A stretch of 64,000 nt of DNA from Synechococcus sp. Its GTDB lineage: Bacteria; Cyanobacteriota; Cyanobacteriia; PCC-6307; Cyanobiaceae. The notes under the pieces were generated by a model that was not told where the DNA came from, ran no database searches, and saw only the letters and a program-made list of their open reading frames with translations. The position numbers and the translations under genes were made by a program. Below, piece after piece: positions 38,864 to 50,389 of this stretch (the first letter of the stretch is position 1; the number at the start of each line of letters is the position of its first letter). The stretch covers positions 128,136 through 192,135 of the forward strand of contig JBJBDC010000001.1 in the NCBI GenBank assembly GCA_047285535.1, read 5' to 3'.

Positions 38864-40012
38864 ATGATTTTGCCCAGACTCCTTATCCCGATTGAAAGCG
38901 CAGCGGCTGAAACCCGTGTGTCTGCTTCACCCGAGACTCTAAAAAAATTTATCGCTCTCGGATGCTCCGTTGCCGTTGAGCGGGGTGCCGGAGTTCTTTC
39001 CGGTTTCCTTGACAAGGCTTACGCAGACGCTGGAGCCGATTTGGTCTCTCCAGGGGACGAACAAGTCTGGAGGCAGGCTGACGTTTTGCTTTGTGTTCAA
39101 TGCCCTAGTCCTGAATCTCTTGGACGGTTGCGCAAGACAGCCTTAGTGGTGGGCATGTTGTCGCCCTACGGCAATCAAGAGCTTGCAGAAGCTCTGAAAG
39201 GTTATGGTCTCTCGGCGATGGCTCTTGAGCTCCTCCCTCGTATCAGTCGAGCCCAGTCAGCTGATGTCCTTTCATCTCAAGCCAACATTGCTGGTTACAA
39301 AGCAGTGCTTCTTGGGGCGGCGGCCTTGGATCGTTATTTCCCGATGCTGATGACGGCTGCTGGTACCGTTCAGCCCGCAAGGGTTCTGGTGCTTGGTGCT
39401 GGAGTTGCGGGTCTACAGGCTGTTGCAACAGCGCGAAGGCTTGGTGCAGTCGTTTATGTGAGCGACATTCGACCTGCCGTGAAAGAGCAGGTGGAATCAC
39501 TCGGCGCCCGCTTCATCGATCCACCTGAAATGGAAGACAAGCCAGCTGAATCGGGCGGTTACGCCAAGCAGGCCTCAGATGCGTTTTTGGCCGCGCAGAG
39601 ACAACAATTGTCCGACCAGCTTGCCCAGGCCGACGTCGCGATTTGCACAGCCCAAGTGCCGGGACGACGCGCTCCGCGTTTGATCAGTGAGGACATGCTT
39701 GATCGCATGCGTTCTGGGTCGGTGGTCGTTGACCTGGCGGTTGCGCAGGGTGGTAATTGTGCAGACACCGTGCCGTCCCAAACGGTGAATCGCAAAGGCG
39801 TGAAGCTGATTGGTGCGAATGAACTTCCGTGCAGCGTTCCAAATCACGCCAGTTCGTTGTATGCCCGAAATCTTTTGGCCTTATTGCAGCCAACCTTTCA
39901 TGACGGCCAGCTGACGCTCGATCTCAAGGACGAGTTGATCGCTGGTTGTTTGATCGCTCATAACGGCAGCATTTGCCGTGGAGATGTCCTTACTCCTGGA
40001 GGTTCCAACTGA
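38864..40012 (+). CDS. pntA: NAD(P) transhydrogenase alpha subunit, domain I
   Basis: ETRVSASPE, PRISRAQSADVLSSQANIAGY, GAGVAGLQA, GGYAK, GGNC. Confidence 0.96.
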   Translation: MILPRLLIPIESAAAETRVSASPETLKKFIALGCSVAVERGAGVLSGFLDKAYADAGADLVSPGDEQVWRQADVLLCVQCPSPESLGRLRKTALVVGMLSPYGNQELAEALKGYGLSAMALELLPRISRAQSADVLSSQANIAGYKAVLLGAAALDRYFPMLMTAAGTVQPARVLVLGAGVAGLQAVATARRLGAVVYVSDIRPAVKEQVESLGARFIDPPEMEDKPAESGGYAKQASDAFLAAQRQQLSDQLAQADVAICTAQVPGRRAPRLISEDMLDRMRSGSVVVDLAVAQGGNCADTVPSQTVNRKGVKLIGANELPCSVPNHASSLYARNLLALLQPTFHDGQLTLDLKDELIAGCLIAHNGSICRGDVLTPGGSN

Positions 40013-40320
40013 TGTCGTTTTTAAGTGAAGCCCTCTGGGTTCTGCTGCTCGGCAGCCTTTTGGGTCTGGAACTGATCGGCAAAGTGCCCCCCACTTTGCA
40101 TACCCCTTTAATGAGTGGCGCTAACGCCATCTCGGGTATCACGGTCTTAGCCGCACTCACCTTGATTGTTAAGGCTGGAAATGACGGCAATACGCCTTTG
40201 TTGGCCCTGGGTGCAGTGTCCTTAGGTTTCGCCCTTTTCAATGTGATTGGAGGCTTTTTGGTCACCGATCGAATGCTGGCCATGTTCAGCCGTAAGTCCA
40301 CCCGCAAGGAGAATCGCTGA
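40012..40320 (+). CDS. pntA: NAD(P) transhydrogenase alpha subunit part 2 (membrane)
   Basis: KVPPTLHTPLMSGANAISG and GGFLVTDRMLAMF. TGATG overlap with the upstream gene. Confidence 0.96.
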   Translation: MSFLSEALWVLLLGSLLGLELIGKVPPTLHTPLMSGANAISGITVLAALTLIVKAGNDGNTPLLALGAVSLGFALFNVIGGFLVTDRMLAMFSRKSTRKENR

Positions 40321-41744
40321 TGAGCACTGCTGTCATTGTTAAGTACGCGATCGACCTGGTCGCCGTGCTCCTGCTTGCTCTGGGAATTAAGGGGCTCTCC
40401 AAGGTTCGTTCAGCGCGGGCGGCTAATCGTTTGGCTGCCTTCGCCATGGCTCTCGCTGTCTTGGGAGTGTTAGTTGATTCTTTCGCAGGTGGGATCTCAG
40501 CCTCTGCCTGGAGTTGGATCATCGCAGGCGTCGTTGTTGGTGGTTTGTTAGGGGCGATTACGGCTCAACGGGTGCCGATGACCTCGATGCCCGAGATCGT
40601 GGCGCTGTTTAACGGCTGCGGTGGAATGTCCTCTCTCCTGGTCGCCCTGGGGGTTGCACTTTTCCCTGTTATGGGAGGGCAAGGGGAATCGCGCATCGTT
40701 GAGGCGATCTCCATAGTGATCTCTATTTTCGTTGGTTCGATCACCTTTACCGGTTCGATTGTGGCGATGGCCAAGCTTCAGGGCTGGCTATCCACTCCTT
40801 CTTGGATGCAGAGCAAGGTACGCCATGTTGTGAATATTGCGTTGGCGGTTGTGTCTCTGATCGCTGCGATCGAGATGATCCGCACCGATGGAACTGGCCT
40901 TTGGCTGCTGGTTGTGGCTTCTGCTTTGCTCGGGGTGGGAGTCACCCTGCCGATCGGCGGGGCTGATATGCCCGTTGTAATTTCTTTGCTGAACAGCTAT
41001 TCCGGTGTTGCAGCTGCAGCTGCAGGTTTCGTGGTTGGAAGTCAGCTGCTGATCGTCGCTGGGGCCATGGTGGGAGCTGCTGGCCTGATTCTCACTCAGG
41101 TGATGTGCAACGGCATGAATCGCTCATTGGTGTCTGTGCTGTTTGGCGGAGCCCTGGGCGCTTCCTCAGCCACTTCAGGCGGCGGCGGCGAATACGTGAA
41201 TATCACGAGCTGCAGCGCTGAGGAGTGCGCCCTCACCCTTGAAGCTGCAGAACGGGTGATCATCGTTCCAGGCTATGGCTTGGCTGTGGCTCAAGCCCAG
41301 CACACTCTGCGAGAAGTGACCCGATCTTTGGAGTCTGCTGGAATTGAAGTGGCTTATGCCATCCATCCTGTGGCAGGACGGATGCCTGGTCACATGAATG
41401 TGTTGCTTGCCGAGGCTGATGTGCCCTATGAGCAGCTCAAGGAGATGGAAGTCATCAACCCAGAGTTCCCTGCTACCGATGTGGTGCTGGTGCTTGGCGC
41501 TAACGATGTGGTCAACCCGCAGGCCAAGACGGATCCCAATTCACCGCTCTATGGCATGCCGGTGCTCGATGTGCAGCAGGCTCGAACGGTATTTGTTGTG
41601 AAACGAGGCATGAGTGCTGGCTATTCCGGTATCAAGAATGACTTATTTGAACTTGGCAACACATCAATGTTGTTTGGTGATGCCAAGAAGGTGCTTGGAG
41701 ATCTTTTGGGAGAACTTAAGGAGTTAGGCGTCGGTAAGAAATGA
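40320..41744 (+). CDS. pntB: NAD(P) transhydrogenase beta subunit
   Basis: IGGADMPVVISLLNSYSG, PGYGLAVAQAQH, HPVAGRMPGHMNVLLAEA. Confidence 0.98.
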   Translation: MSTAVIVKYAIDLVAVLLLALGIKGLSKVRSARAANRLAAFAMALAVLGVLVDSFAGGISASAWSWIIAGVVVGGLLGAITAQRVPMTSMPEIVALFNGCGGMSSLLVALGVALFPVMGGQGESRIVEAISIVISIFVGSITFTGSIVAMAKLQGWLSTPSWMQSKVRHVVNIALAVVSLIAAIEMIRTDGTGLWLLVVASALLGVGVTLPIGGADMPVVISLLNSYSGVAAAAAGFVVGSQLLIVAGAMVGAAGLILTQVMCNGMNRSLVSVLFGGALGASSATSGGGGEYVNITSCSAEECALTLEAAERVIIVPGYGLAVAQAQHTLREVTRSLESAGIEVAYAIHPVAGRMPGHMNVLLAEADVPYEQLKEMEVINPEFPATDVVLVLGANDVVNPQAKTDPNSPLYGMPVLDVQQARTVFVVKRGMSAGYSGIKNDLFELGNTSMLFGDAKKVLGDLLGELKELGVGKK

Positions 41745-41751
41745 CGGGCCA

Positions 41752-42840
41752 GTGAGTTGGACTGACATCACGAGTGCCAACCAATGTCGAGGGAAACTGG
41801 GGATTGCGCCATTTCAACAGCGTTTCCCTTGGTGGGGAGGCGATCTTCAGACCTTGAGGGACACGATCTGTCCGGTAGATCTACCTGTCGATAACGGTCA
41901 ACCCTTCGAAATCGAGGTGCCTGCTCTGCGCAGCGGTGCAGCCGATAAGGGCGCCTTGCTGGCTTATCTGGATTGCCCACCAGCGCCGAAGGCACTGGTG
42001 GTTTTGTTACATGGCCTGGGAGGATCCAGTCAACGTGCAGGCTTGCGCAGGTTGGGAGTTGCCCTGATTCAGGCGGGTTATGCCGTTCTCCGCCTCAACA
42101 TGCGCGGAGCTGATCCTGGACGACATTTGGCTGGTGGCACCTATGCCGCCCAATGCAACAGTGATCTGCTGCCTGTGTTGCATCGTGCACGAGAGCTTGG
42201 CAACAGCCTCGGAGCCGATGGGACTCCTCTGCCTCTGTTTGGCGCTGGCCTTTCCCTCGGCGGAACCATGCTGCTGAATGCGTGCCTTTCAACCCCAGCT
42301 GAGCGCATCGCCGCCGGCTTCGACCCAGCACACCAGCCCCTGGATGGATTGTTCTGTGCCAGCAGTCCCTTGGATCTGGCTGCCTGCAGTGCATCGATTG
42401 AACGTCCACGCAATCGTGTGTACCAACGCTGGTTGCTGCAGCGCCTCGTGCGTCAGACGCTCGCCGATCCCTTTGGAGTGAGTGATCTGGATCTTGGACA
42501 ACTGAGTGGTGCTGAGCGACCACGCACCATTCGTGACTTCGATAGCACCGTCACCGCTCCGCGATGGGGATTTGCGGACGTGGATGCTTACTACCGGGAG
42601 GCTTCACCGCTCCAGCATTTGATCCAATCACCCCAGAATTTGCCTCCCACTCTGTTGCTACAGGCTCTGGATGATCCATGGGTGCCCGCTCGGGCGGCCT
42701 TAGACCTGAGGGAGGCTGTCTCTACGGATCAGCCCATTCAATTGATCTTCACCCGCGAAGGCGGTCACAATGGATTTCACGGACGGGCCGGCTGTTGGGC
42801 CGATGCGCTTGCTGCATCTTGGTTGCAAACGCTCAAGTGA
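41752..42840 (+). CDS. YheT-family alpha/beta hydrolase
   Basis: GDLQT, LHGLGGSS, GLSLGG, DDPW, GGHNGF. Confidence 0.88.
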   Translation: MSWTDITSANQCRGKLGIAPFQQRFPWWGGDLQTLRDTICPVDLPVDNGQPFEIEVPALRSGAADKGALLAYLDCPPAPKALVVLLHGLGGSSQRAGLRRLGVALIQAGYAVLRLNMRGADPGRHLAGGTYAAQCNSDLLPVLHRARELGNSLGADGTPLPLFGAGLSLGGTMLLNACLSTPAERIAAGFDPAHQPLDGLFCASSPLDLAACSASIERPRNRVYQRWLLQRLVRQTLADPFGVSDLDLGQLSGAERPRTIRDFDSTVTAPRWGFADVDAYYREASPLQHLIQSPQNLPPTLLLQALDDPWVPARAALDLREAVSTDQPIQLIFTREGGHNGFHGRAGCWADALAASWLQTLK

Positions 42841-43168
42841 ATGGGCTGGTTTTCAGGACCCACTCTTCGATCGGTTGTCCTTGGATGATGTGTCTCTGAA
42901 GAATGCTGCTGATGCGTTCTGGCGTGACACCTCTGTACCAGGTGCCATCGGGCCAGACCAACAAGATTGGGCCTTGCTCACAGATGCGTAAGCAATCGAC
43001 TTTGCTGCGCAGAACGATTCCTGCGGCCCTGCTGGGATTCTCAAGGTCCAATTCACGCATCTGCCGCTTGAGAGCATCCCAGCTGGCGGCACCGATCTCT
43101 GGATCACAGCACTTGGCTTTCGTGGCTGTAGCGCAGAGCAAAAGGTGATGGCTAATCCGCTGGCTCAT
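42833..43168 (-). CDS. Thioredoxin-like [2Fe-2S] ferredoxin
   Basis: HLLLC..KCC and [24 protein letters not shown] overlap with the dxr stop. Confidence 0.88.
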   Translation of the reverse strand: MSQRISHHLLLCATATKAKCCDPEIGAASWDALKRQMRELDLENPSRAAGIVLRSKVDCLRICEQGPILLVWPDGTWYRGVTPERISSILQRHIIQGQPIEEWVLKTSPFT

Positions 43169-44427
43169 GCAGCCATCGATGCCCTGCTCAAGCGCGTCGT
43201 GCCTCGTTTCACGTGCTCGCGCACAGCCTGGCGTGCCCACTGATCAACCGCCAACACATCATCAAGACTGGGGTTGGCGGCAAGATCAGGTTTGTGTTGT
43301 TCACAGGCTGCCTCAATCATCTTGGGAATGTCGAGAAAGTGAATCTTTTCCTCGAGGAATTGGGCCACGGCCTCTTCATTGGCCGCGTTGAGCACAGCAG
43401 GCATGGTGCCGCCGGCACGCCCTGCGGCGTAGGCCAGATCCATGCAGGGATATTTGGCTGGATCTGGTGCGCGGAAACTCAATTGCCCCACTTCGGTGAG
43501 ATCGAGCCTTCGCCACGGGGTCTCCAGCCTTGAAGGCCAACTCATGCAATACAGGATCGGCAGTTTCATATCGGGCCAGCCGAGCTGGGCTAACACCGAT
43601 GAATCGGCAAGCTCGATCATTGAGTGGATGATGCTTTGTGGATGAATCACGATTTCGATGTGGTCGTAATCCAGTCCAAAAAGATAGTGAGCTTCAATCA
43701 CTTCTAATCCTTTATTCATCAATGAGGCTGAATCCACGGTGATTTTTTTGCCCATACTCCAGTTGGGATGCGAGGTGGCATCGGCCACCGTTGCTTTTTC
43801 CAGTTCTGATGCAGTCCAGTCGCGAAAGGCTCCACCAGAGGCGGTGAGTTGAATTCGGCGCAGACCCGGTGTTGGCACCCCAGTGGAGAGACGGGCGGTG
43901 TCGCTCCAAGGTGTTCCCTGTAAGCACTGGAAAATTGCTGAGTGTTCTGAATCCGCAGGAAGGAGTTGACTCCCACTTCTCTTCAGTTCAGGCAGCACAA
44001 CTGGACCAGCAGCAATCAACGTTTCTTTGTTGGCGAGGGCCAGGTCTTTGCCGGCTCGAATCGCCGCAAGGGTGGGGAGTAAACCTGCGCAGCCCACAAT
44101 TCCAGTTACCACGAGATCGGCGGAAGCCCAGGAGGCCACGACATCGAGTCCTTTGGGGCCACCAACCAATTGGGGTAATGGATCTGGGCGTTTTTCCGCA
44201 GGCAGAGCCATCAGCCTGCTTTTGAGCTCAGCCAGCAGTCCCTCATCGGCTAGTGCCACGACATCAGGACGATGCGTTTCGATTTGGGTGACGAGAAGGC
44301 TCAGATTGCGCCCAGCGCTGAGTCCTACCACCCGAAACTGGTCAGGGAAATCCTTGACGATCTCAAGCGTTTGGGTGCCGATCGAGCCTGTGGAGCCCAG
44401 AACGCTGATGGCTTTCACAGGGGGCAC
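43165..44427 (-). CDS. dxr: 1-deoxy-D-xylulose-5-phosphate reductoisomerase
   Basis: [45 protein letters not shown]. Confidence 0.98.
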   Translation of the reverse strand: MPPVKAISVLGSTGSIGTQTLEIVKDFPDQFRVVGLSAGRNLSLLVTQIETHRPDVVALADEGLLAELKSRLMALPAEKRPDPLPQLVGGPKGLDVVASWASADLVVTGIVGCAGLLPTLAAIRAGKDLALANKETLIAAGPVVLPELKRSGSQLLPADSEHSAIFQCLQGTPWSDTARLSTGVPTPGLRRIQLTASGGAFRDWTASELEKATVADATSHPNWSMGKKITVDSASLMNKGLEVIEAHYLFGLDYDHIEIVIHPQSIIHSMIELADSSVLAQLGWPDMKLPILYCMSWPSRLETPWRRLDLTEVGQLSFRAPDPAKYPCMDLAYAAGRAGGTMPAVLNAANEEAVAQFLEEKIHFLDIPKMIEAACEQHKPDLAANPSLDDVLAVDQWARQAVREHVKRGTTRLSRASMAA

Positions 44428-44502
44428 TGCAATTGCTCACAGTTTCCCATCCCAGAGCATGGGACTGGCAAACTTCGAATGATTGCAGTTGGCTTCGGGT
44501 TT

Positions 44503-45840
44503 ATGGCACTGAAGGAGCACTGGCGTTCAGGACTTGGATTTGTGCTCGCCGCAGCTGGGAGTGCAGTGGGTTTGGGTAACCTCTGGGGCTTTGCTTATCG
44601 CGCGTCACAGGGAGGTGGTGGTGCCTTTCTACTGCTCTATGTGCTGATTGTTTTGGTGGTCTGTCTGCCAGTTTTAGTGGCTGAGATGGTGCTCGGTCGC
44701 AGTACGGCCCAAAGCCCTTTGCTGGCTCCTGGTGCGGCGGCTGGAGAGGCCTGGCGGCCGGTGGGATGGCTGTTTTTGATCGCCTCCTGTGGAATTCTGG
44801 CGTTCTATGCGGTGCTGATGGGGTGGACGGCTCACACCCTCGTTCATGCCCTATGGGTGGGGCTGCCAGACGATATGGAGACAGCTGAATCGCTGTTTGC
44901 ATCGGTGAGCAGGGGGAATAGCGCCCTACTTGGCCAGGGGGGCAGTCTCGCCTTAACCGCTGCGGTAGTGGCCGCTGGTGTGCAGGGAGGAATCGAGCGG
45001 TTGTCGCGTTGGGCCTTACCCCTTTTGTTTGTGTTGTTGGTTGGCTTGGCTCTCTGGGCCGCCACCTTGTCTGGAGCTTTGGGCGGGTACCAAACGTTTC
45101 TTTTGCGTTGGGATCCAGCTCAGCTGCTCAACCTCACCACCATTCGTAATGCCTTTACCCAGGCCTTTTTCTCTATTGGCACAGGTATCGGTTGCATCCT
45201 TGCCTATTCGGCCTATTTAAAAAGAAGTGCGCGTTTGCCGAGGGAAGCGATCGCGGTGGTCGGTTTGGACACGGCCGTAGGCCTCTTGGCTGGACTGATC
45301 ACATTCCCCGTGGTGATCAGCTTTGGTCTGCAGGAAACGGTGAGCGAGTCCACCGTTGGGGCCTTGTTTCTGGCAATCCCCACTGGACTGGCTTCTCTTG
45401 GTGGTGCGGGTCGTTTGGTTGCGATTCTCTTTTTTTCTCTGGCCTATCTAGCGGCGATTACCTCGTCCGTCTCCTTGTTAGAAGTACCCGTGGCATCGCT
45501 GATGGACCGGTTGGGTTGGTCTCGCCGGCGATCGGCTTGGTTGATGGCATTGCTGATTTTTATCGCAGGACTTCCTGCTGCGATGTCGATTCCTGTGTTG
45601 GAAGTAATGGACTCAATTTTTGGAGGTGTGTTGCTGATTTTGGGAGGACTATTGATCGCACTGCTTGTGGGCTGGGCTGCTCCGAAACGGTTTCGAGAAG
45701 ATCTTCAGACGTCCAAGACCTCAGAGGGATTCATCCATTTGTTGTTGTTTTTCTTGCGTTGGGTGTCTCCTGTTGTGATCACCTGGGGGCTGTTAATCAG
45801 TGTTGTCGATTTATGGCGTCAATGGTTTCCCGCGTTTTGA
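44503..45840 (+). CDS. Sodium-dependent transporter, NSS/SNF family
   Basis: WRSGLGFVLAAAGSAVGLGNLWGF, GGGAFLLLY, QAFFSIG. Confidence 0.93.
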   Translation: MALKEHWRSGLGFVLAAAGSAVGLGNLWGFAYRASQGGGGAFLLLYVLIVLVVCLPVLVAEMVLGRSTAQSPLLAPGAAAGEAWRPVGWLFLIASCGILAFYAVLMGWTAHTLVHALWVGLPDDMETAESLFASVSRGNSALLGQGGSLALTAAVVAAGVQGGIERLSRWALPLLFVLLVGLALWAATLSGALGGYQTFLLRWDPAQLLNLTTIRNAFTQAFFSIGTGIGCILAYSAYLKRSARLPREAIAVVGLDTAVGLLAGLITFPVVISFGLQETVSESTVGALFLAIPTGLASLGGAGRLVAILFFSLAYLAAITSSVSLLEVPVASLMDRLGWSRRRSAWLMALLIFIAGLPAAMSIPVLEVMDSIFGGVLLILGGLLIALLVGWAAPKRFREDLQTSKTSEGFIHLLLFFLRWVSPVVITWGLLISVVDLWRQWFPAF

Positions 45841-45865
45841 GTGCTCAAAACATGGTGCTGGTTTG

Positions 45866-46285
45866 TTAAAACTTTCTCCGAACAAACTCACTTGCCAAGC
45901 GAACCTCCAGGAGGAACGAGATCGAGGCCAACATCAACATTCCCATTGTGGTGATAAATAGAGGTGCAACGATTGCTGTCAGGTTGACTTGCGTGATAAC
46001 ACTCATAAACATTGCTGAAACCACAATAGAAAGAAGGAGGGTGGCGCAGGTGAGGAGCCAGATCGCCCGAAGAATGTGTTGCATGCGCCGCTTGCAATGC
46101 CTGCGTTCAAATTCATCTTTTTGGGCATCCGAGTCGCTAAGTCGACGGGAGTGATCAGCAACTCGGGCGAGCCTGGCGGAAAGAACATTGAGCAGGGCCC
46201 CGATCCCGGCGAGTAAAAACACTGGTGAGACCGAGAGCTGAATCGCCTTGGAGAGGCTTTCAGGATGCAAGGTTGAAAATTCCAA
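45866..46285 (-). CDS. DUF2721-like membrane protein
   Basis: IQLSVSPVFLLAGIGALLNVLSARLARVAD and a C-terminal FLLEVRLA. Confidence 0.8.
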   Translation of the reverse strand: MEFSTLHPESLSKAIQLSVSPVFLLAGIGALLNVLSARLARVADHSRRLSDSDAQKDEFERRHCKRRMQHILRAIWLLTCATLLLSIVVSAMFMSVITQVNLTAIVAPLFITTMGMLMLASISFLLEVRLASEFVRRKF

Positions 46286-46351
46286 GAGCTGGTGAGTCCG
46301 TCAAATGGTGTCTGCAATCCGGTAGACAGGAGCCTCTCTGGATCCCGTTCG

Positions 46352-46591
46352 ATGTTGTGGCTCAAACGTTGGAACTTTATTGAGAGGGCTCGGTTAGAGC
46401 GGGAGCTTTGGGATGCCTTTGAGGCCAAGAAGGATATTGAAGCCATGGTGAATGCGCTGAAGTCCCGTATCCAAGCTGAGGATCCCAGTGCCCCTGATTT
46501 TGGAGATCAAACCTTCCGTCTTGAGGTCTGGATCACCACGATGGAACGGATTCGCAAGATTGAAGCAATGATGGCTGGCCAACAGGATTAG
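46352..46591 (+). CDS. Conserved hypothetical protein
   Basis: [24 protein letters not shown]...[17 protein letters not shown]. Confidence 0.7.
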   Translation: MLWLKRWNFIERARLERELWDAFEAKKDIEAMVNALKSRIQAEDPSAPDFGDQTFRLEVWITTMERIRKIEAMMAGQQD

Positions 46592-48084
46592 ACCCTTCTC
46601 CAATCAGTCAGTCCACCGGGTTTGTCGATCAGCTCGATGCCTTGGGCGCTAAGGGTCTTGCGGATGCGATCAGCTTCCGGATAATTCTTAGCTTGTTTGG
46701 CTTCTTTGCGGTCAGCGATGGCTTTTTCAATCGTCACCGCGTCTACAACATCTTGTCCCGCCGGTTCGGGAGTGGTGCACTCACTGCGTAAACCAAGAAC
46801 AGCAGCCAGTTCACGCAGGAGCGTCCAGCGCTCTTCGAGCTGGGCTTTCTCATTGGCTGGAAGTTCAGGTTGATCGCCCCGGTCCAGTCGGTTGGCTAAT
46901 CCTCTCAAGGGTCGAGCGAGATCAAACAGCACCGCTAAGGCACCCGAGGTATTCAGGTCATCGTCCATGCTGGCGATGAAGCGTTGATGGAATGACTCCA
47001 TGGCTCCCTTGGCGGGGGGGGCAGGTTTCATCGCTTCAATGTCGAGTGGCGTGACCACCCTCCAGCCCAAGATGGCTGAATGCTTGTCCCCAAGATTAAG
47101 GGCTGCATTGAGTCCGTTCCATCCTGTGGTTGCTGACTCAAGTGCTTCTGGAGTGAAGTCGAGCGGCTTGCGGTAATGGGCCTGGAGAACAAAGAGGCGC
47201 AGGGCCATGGCTGACAGGCCAGTCTCTAAAAGAGCGCGGATTGTGGTGAAGTTGCCCAGCGATTTCGACATCTTGGTACCGCCGACATTGACCATGCCGT
47301 TATGCATCCACAGCCGTGCCAGTGGTGCGCCATTCGCGGTTTCGGATTGAGCGATCTCATTTTCATGGTGTGGGAAGACCAGGTCGCCGCCACCGAGATG
47401 AATGTCGATTGTCAGGCCAAGTTCCTGGCGAACCATCGCTGAACATTCGATATGCCAACCAGGACGTCCTGGTCCCCAGGGGGAGTTCCAGCTCGGTTCA
47501 CCGGCTTTACTCCCTTTCCAGAGGGCAAAGTCAAATGGATGTCGTTTGCGACTCTCCTCCCCATCAGCGGTGCGACCACTTGCCCCCTGCTGCTGCTCGT
47601 TGAGATCTCGGCCACTGAGTTTGCCGTAATCCTTTGCTTTGGAAACATCGAAGTAGACATCACCATCGGAGCTGTAGGCCGCTCCTTTGGCCTCAAGTTC
47701 ACCAATCAGCATTTGAATGCCGTCAATGCAGCAGGTGGCTCGAGGCATGCGATCTGCCGGCAGGATATTCAGCAGCCCCATATCGATTTCAAAGGCTTTG
47801 ATGTTGCGCTCGCTGACCTCCTGCATGGAACTGCCTTCTTCTGCAGCACGATTGAGGATCTTGTCGTCGATATCGGTGTAATTCTGGATGTAGGTGACGT
47901 CGTATCCGCGCCAAATCAAGTAGCGGCGTAGAACGTCCCAATTGATGTAACTGCGCGCGTGACCCAGGTGACAAAGGTCATAAACCGTGACACCGCAGCA
48001 GTAAATCGTCGCTTTTCCTGGCTCTAAAGGCTCAAATGTTTCCATGCGACTGGTGAGGCTGTTGGTGAAGCGCAGGGAAGACAT
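46588..48084 (-). CDS. cysS: Cysteine--tRNA ligase
   Basis: [43 protein letters not shown]. Confidence 0.98.
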   Translation of the reverse strand: MSSLRFTNSLTSRMETFEPLEPGKATIYCCGVTVYDLCHLGHARSYINWDVLRRYLIWRGYDVTYIQNYTDIDDKILNRAAEEGSSMQEVSERNIKAFEIDMGLLNILPADRMPRATCCIDGIQMLIGELEAKGAAYSSDGDVYFDVSKAKDYGKLSGRDLNEQQQGASGRTADGEESRKRHPFDFALWKGSKAGEPSWNSPWGPGRPGWHIECSAMVRQELGLTIDIHLGGGDLVFPHHENEIAQSETANGAPLARLWMHNGMVNVGGTKMSKSLGNFTTIRALLETGLSAMALRLFVLQAHYRKPLDFTPEALESATTGWNGLNAALNLGDKHSAILGWRVVTPLDIEAMKPAPPAKGAMESFHQRFIASMDDDLNTSGALAVLFDLARPLRGLANRLDRGDQPELPANEKAQLEERWTLLRELAAVLGLRSECTTPEPAGQDVVDAVTIEKAIADRKEAKQAKNYPEADRIRKTLSAQGIELIDKPGGLTDWRRV

Positions 48085-48198
48085 CAGGTTGAGGACTAGG
48101 TGCAGATCACGGTTGATGCCTGCCTGCGCAGATCAAAAACCTTTGATCAATGTTAGATCCGTGCTGGTGATGCCCATTAGTCTCGCCGGTGGATGAGA

Positions 48199-48700
48199 TC
48201 ATTGCTCACAGAGAGCTGAACTCAGATCACTGAACCTCAAGAGCGATGCATTGAAGTGGATACATCGCTGGAGTGAGACTTTCTGGGTAGCGATGGGGTA
48301 AAAAGCCAAGGCAACTGCGCCAAGTAGATAGCCGACTCTGAGGCTTGAAAAAAGAGCGTTGGAAGAGAACCTGGCTGATCTCAAATTTGGCAATCAGCAA
48401 GAGCTGGTAGTACACAACAACAGTTGTTTTTACTGCTCCAAAAAAGAGAGAACGGATGGCTAAAAATTTTAAAGGCTTGCTCTATTGGGTTGAAGATGGA
48501 TTGATTGGGTTGCTAGAAAGATCCAGAAAAGAAGTCTTGGGTGTTTGTATTTACAGTCGACTTAAAGGAAAAAAGTGATGATTGGCTATCTCTGTGCAAG
48601 GGAAGAAGAGTGCTCCAGTAACAAACCAAGCACCAACTATTGATGCGTTACTGACCAATGTTGAAGCGATACCAGCTGCAATCCCGGATCATGAGATGGT
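48199..48700 (-). pseudogene. Degraded MFS-like membrane protein fragments
   Basis: Hydrophobic pieces lie in different frames, separated by stops or frameshifts: GIAAGIASTLVSNASIVGAWFVTGALFF, FLAIRSLFFGAVKTTVVVYYQLLLIAKF and LFSSLRVGYLLGAVALAFYPIATQKV. Confidence 0.4.
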
Positions 48701-48982
48701 CCAATCCACGAAGAACGATGGTGATGGACAGGTGGTTGACGTGTGACGAAGCCAAGCATGGCAACGATGAGCTGGGCAGTGAGTCGTTGAGAGGTAATAG
48801 TCTTGCTGCCAAGAGACAATAAACATTGAATGATTAAATTGATTCAATGACAACTTGCTATTATGTAAATCCGTGGTAGATTAATTTTAAGTTGCCGTTT
48901 CCCTGCGATTAGCACTCACAAGTTAAGTCTTCTGGCGGTAATTACCACCTCTTTTATCAATGTTGGTGGATTTTGTGAGCCT

Positions 48983-50386
48983 TTGCCCGTTAATCAATCT
49001 CCTCTACCAGAACGACTCAAAGAAGCACGAGAGCTTCTTGAGTCCTCTGAGCGTACAGATCTGGACGGGGCCATTCATTCTGCTCTTCTACGTAATCCAA
49101 GGTTGTTTGCTGCATCCTCCAGAATAGAAGCGCGTCGCTCTCAGCTTGCTTCGACTCAGAGACGATGGTCTCCCAAAGCTGTGTTTAACACTTCAGGCGA
49201 TCAACCCTTGCTCGGCCAGTATTTTGAAACTGAAATAAGGAAAAACACAAAAGATGTATTGAAGTCTTCCTACACATTTGATAACTACAGTATTAGTTCC
49301 CTCAATTTGCAAGTTACCTGGAACTTCTGGGAGCCAAGTCGTCAGCCAGCAATCAACACTGCATCATTGAAGCTTGATTCTGAGAAGCTGATATTTGATG
49401 TAATAGCTAGAAGTATTGTCCTGGATGCTCAATTAGCCTTCTATGAGCTACAAGAGAATGCAAAGCTAATAAAAATTTATGAGGAAATCTATCAACGCAA
49501 CCTTCATTTTTTGGAAATTATTGAAGCCCAATATAATAATGGCCTGGTTAGCATTGAAGATGTAAGCCAGCAGAAAACCCTGTTACTAAGTCAGTTAATA
49601 ACGCTTGATGATCTTTACAGAACTCAGCTTCAATTTGCTTCTGACCTAGCCCGTATCATGGGTCTTCCGCCTGGGGCTTCAGTGCTTCCTATTGAATTTT
49701 CAAGCGATCACTTGGCAACTTGGGATCTTGATGTGAATGAATCTATAGAAGATGGCTTGGCTTTACGTGAAGAGATTCGTATTGCTTTGGATAATGCTGA
49801 TGCACAAGAATGGGAAGCAAAGAGATTAGTAAGTTTATATTTACCAGTGTTAGGACTTGTCGCCAACGCCTACAAAAGTTATTCTAGTGGTATTTATGAT
49901 GGTGAAGTTGGTAGCAATAATTATGCAACTCTGGCGGATGACTCTTATTCCGAGGTGTCTATAGGTCTTGGGTTTAATTGGAATTTTTATGATGGTGGTG
50001 TTCTTTCTGCACAGGCTGATTCAAGCCGTCAACTTGCTGCAGCAAATCGATTAGATGCGGAAGAAGAAAGGAATAAGGTTGGCAACCAAATTCGTCGGAG
50101 TTATGCCGCTTACCAAACAGCAAAAATTGCCTTGCCAGATTCCCAAGAAGCGATACGATCTGCAAGATTATCTGTTTTTGCGGCATCAGAACGATATAAA
50201 GCAGGTATTGGCAATATCACGACTGTTGTACAAACAACTCAATTGCTTGGAGAGACATCTACGCAATTTAAAAACCTGAGAGTTGCTTATCGCAATGCTA
50301 TTGCAGAGCTGTATCGGTATTCTGGTCAGTGGCCAGAACCTTACCAAAGCCAAATTTCAAATTTACTTAAAAATAAAATGAATTAA
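48983..50386 (+). CDS. TolC-family outer membrane efflux protein
   Basis: AIHSALLRNP, QYNNGLVSIEDV, IGLGFNWNFYDGG, ERYKAGIGNITTV. A signal-like segment lies in frame upstream. Confidence 0.88.
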   Translation: MPVNQSPLPERLKEARELLESSERTDLDGAIHSALLRNPRLFAASSRIEARRSQLASTQRRWSPKAVFNTSGDQPLLGQYFETEIRKNTKDVLKSSYTFDNYSISSLNLQVTWNFWEPSRQPAINTASLKLDSEKLIFDVIARSIVLDAQLAFYELQENAKLIKIYEEIYQRNLHFLEIIEAQYNNGLVSIEDVSQQKTLLLSQLITLDDLYRTQLQFASDLARIMGLPPGASVLPIEFSSDHLATWDLDVNESIEDGLALREEIRIALDNADAQEWEAKRLVSLYLPVLGLVANAYKSYSSGIYDGEVGSNNYATLADDSYSEVSIGLGFNWNFYDGGVLSAQADSSRQLAAANRLDAEEERNKVGNQIRRSYAAYQTAKIALPDSQEAIRSARLSVFAASERYKAGIGNITTVVQTTQLLGETSTQFKNLRVAYRNAIAELYRYSGQWPEPYQSQISNLLKNKMN

Positions 50387-50389
50387 TTT

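Noticed and set aside
34586..41744. TrxB-thioredoxin fusion and split pntA
   Set aside because: Both are established cyanobacterial architectures (NTRC-type reductase and three-gene transhydrogenase).
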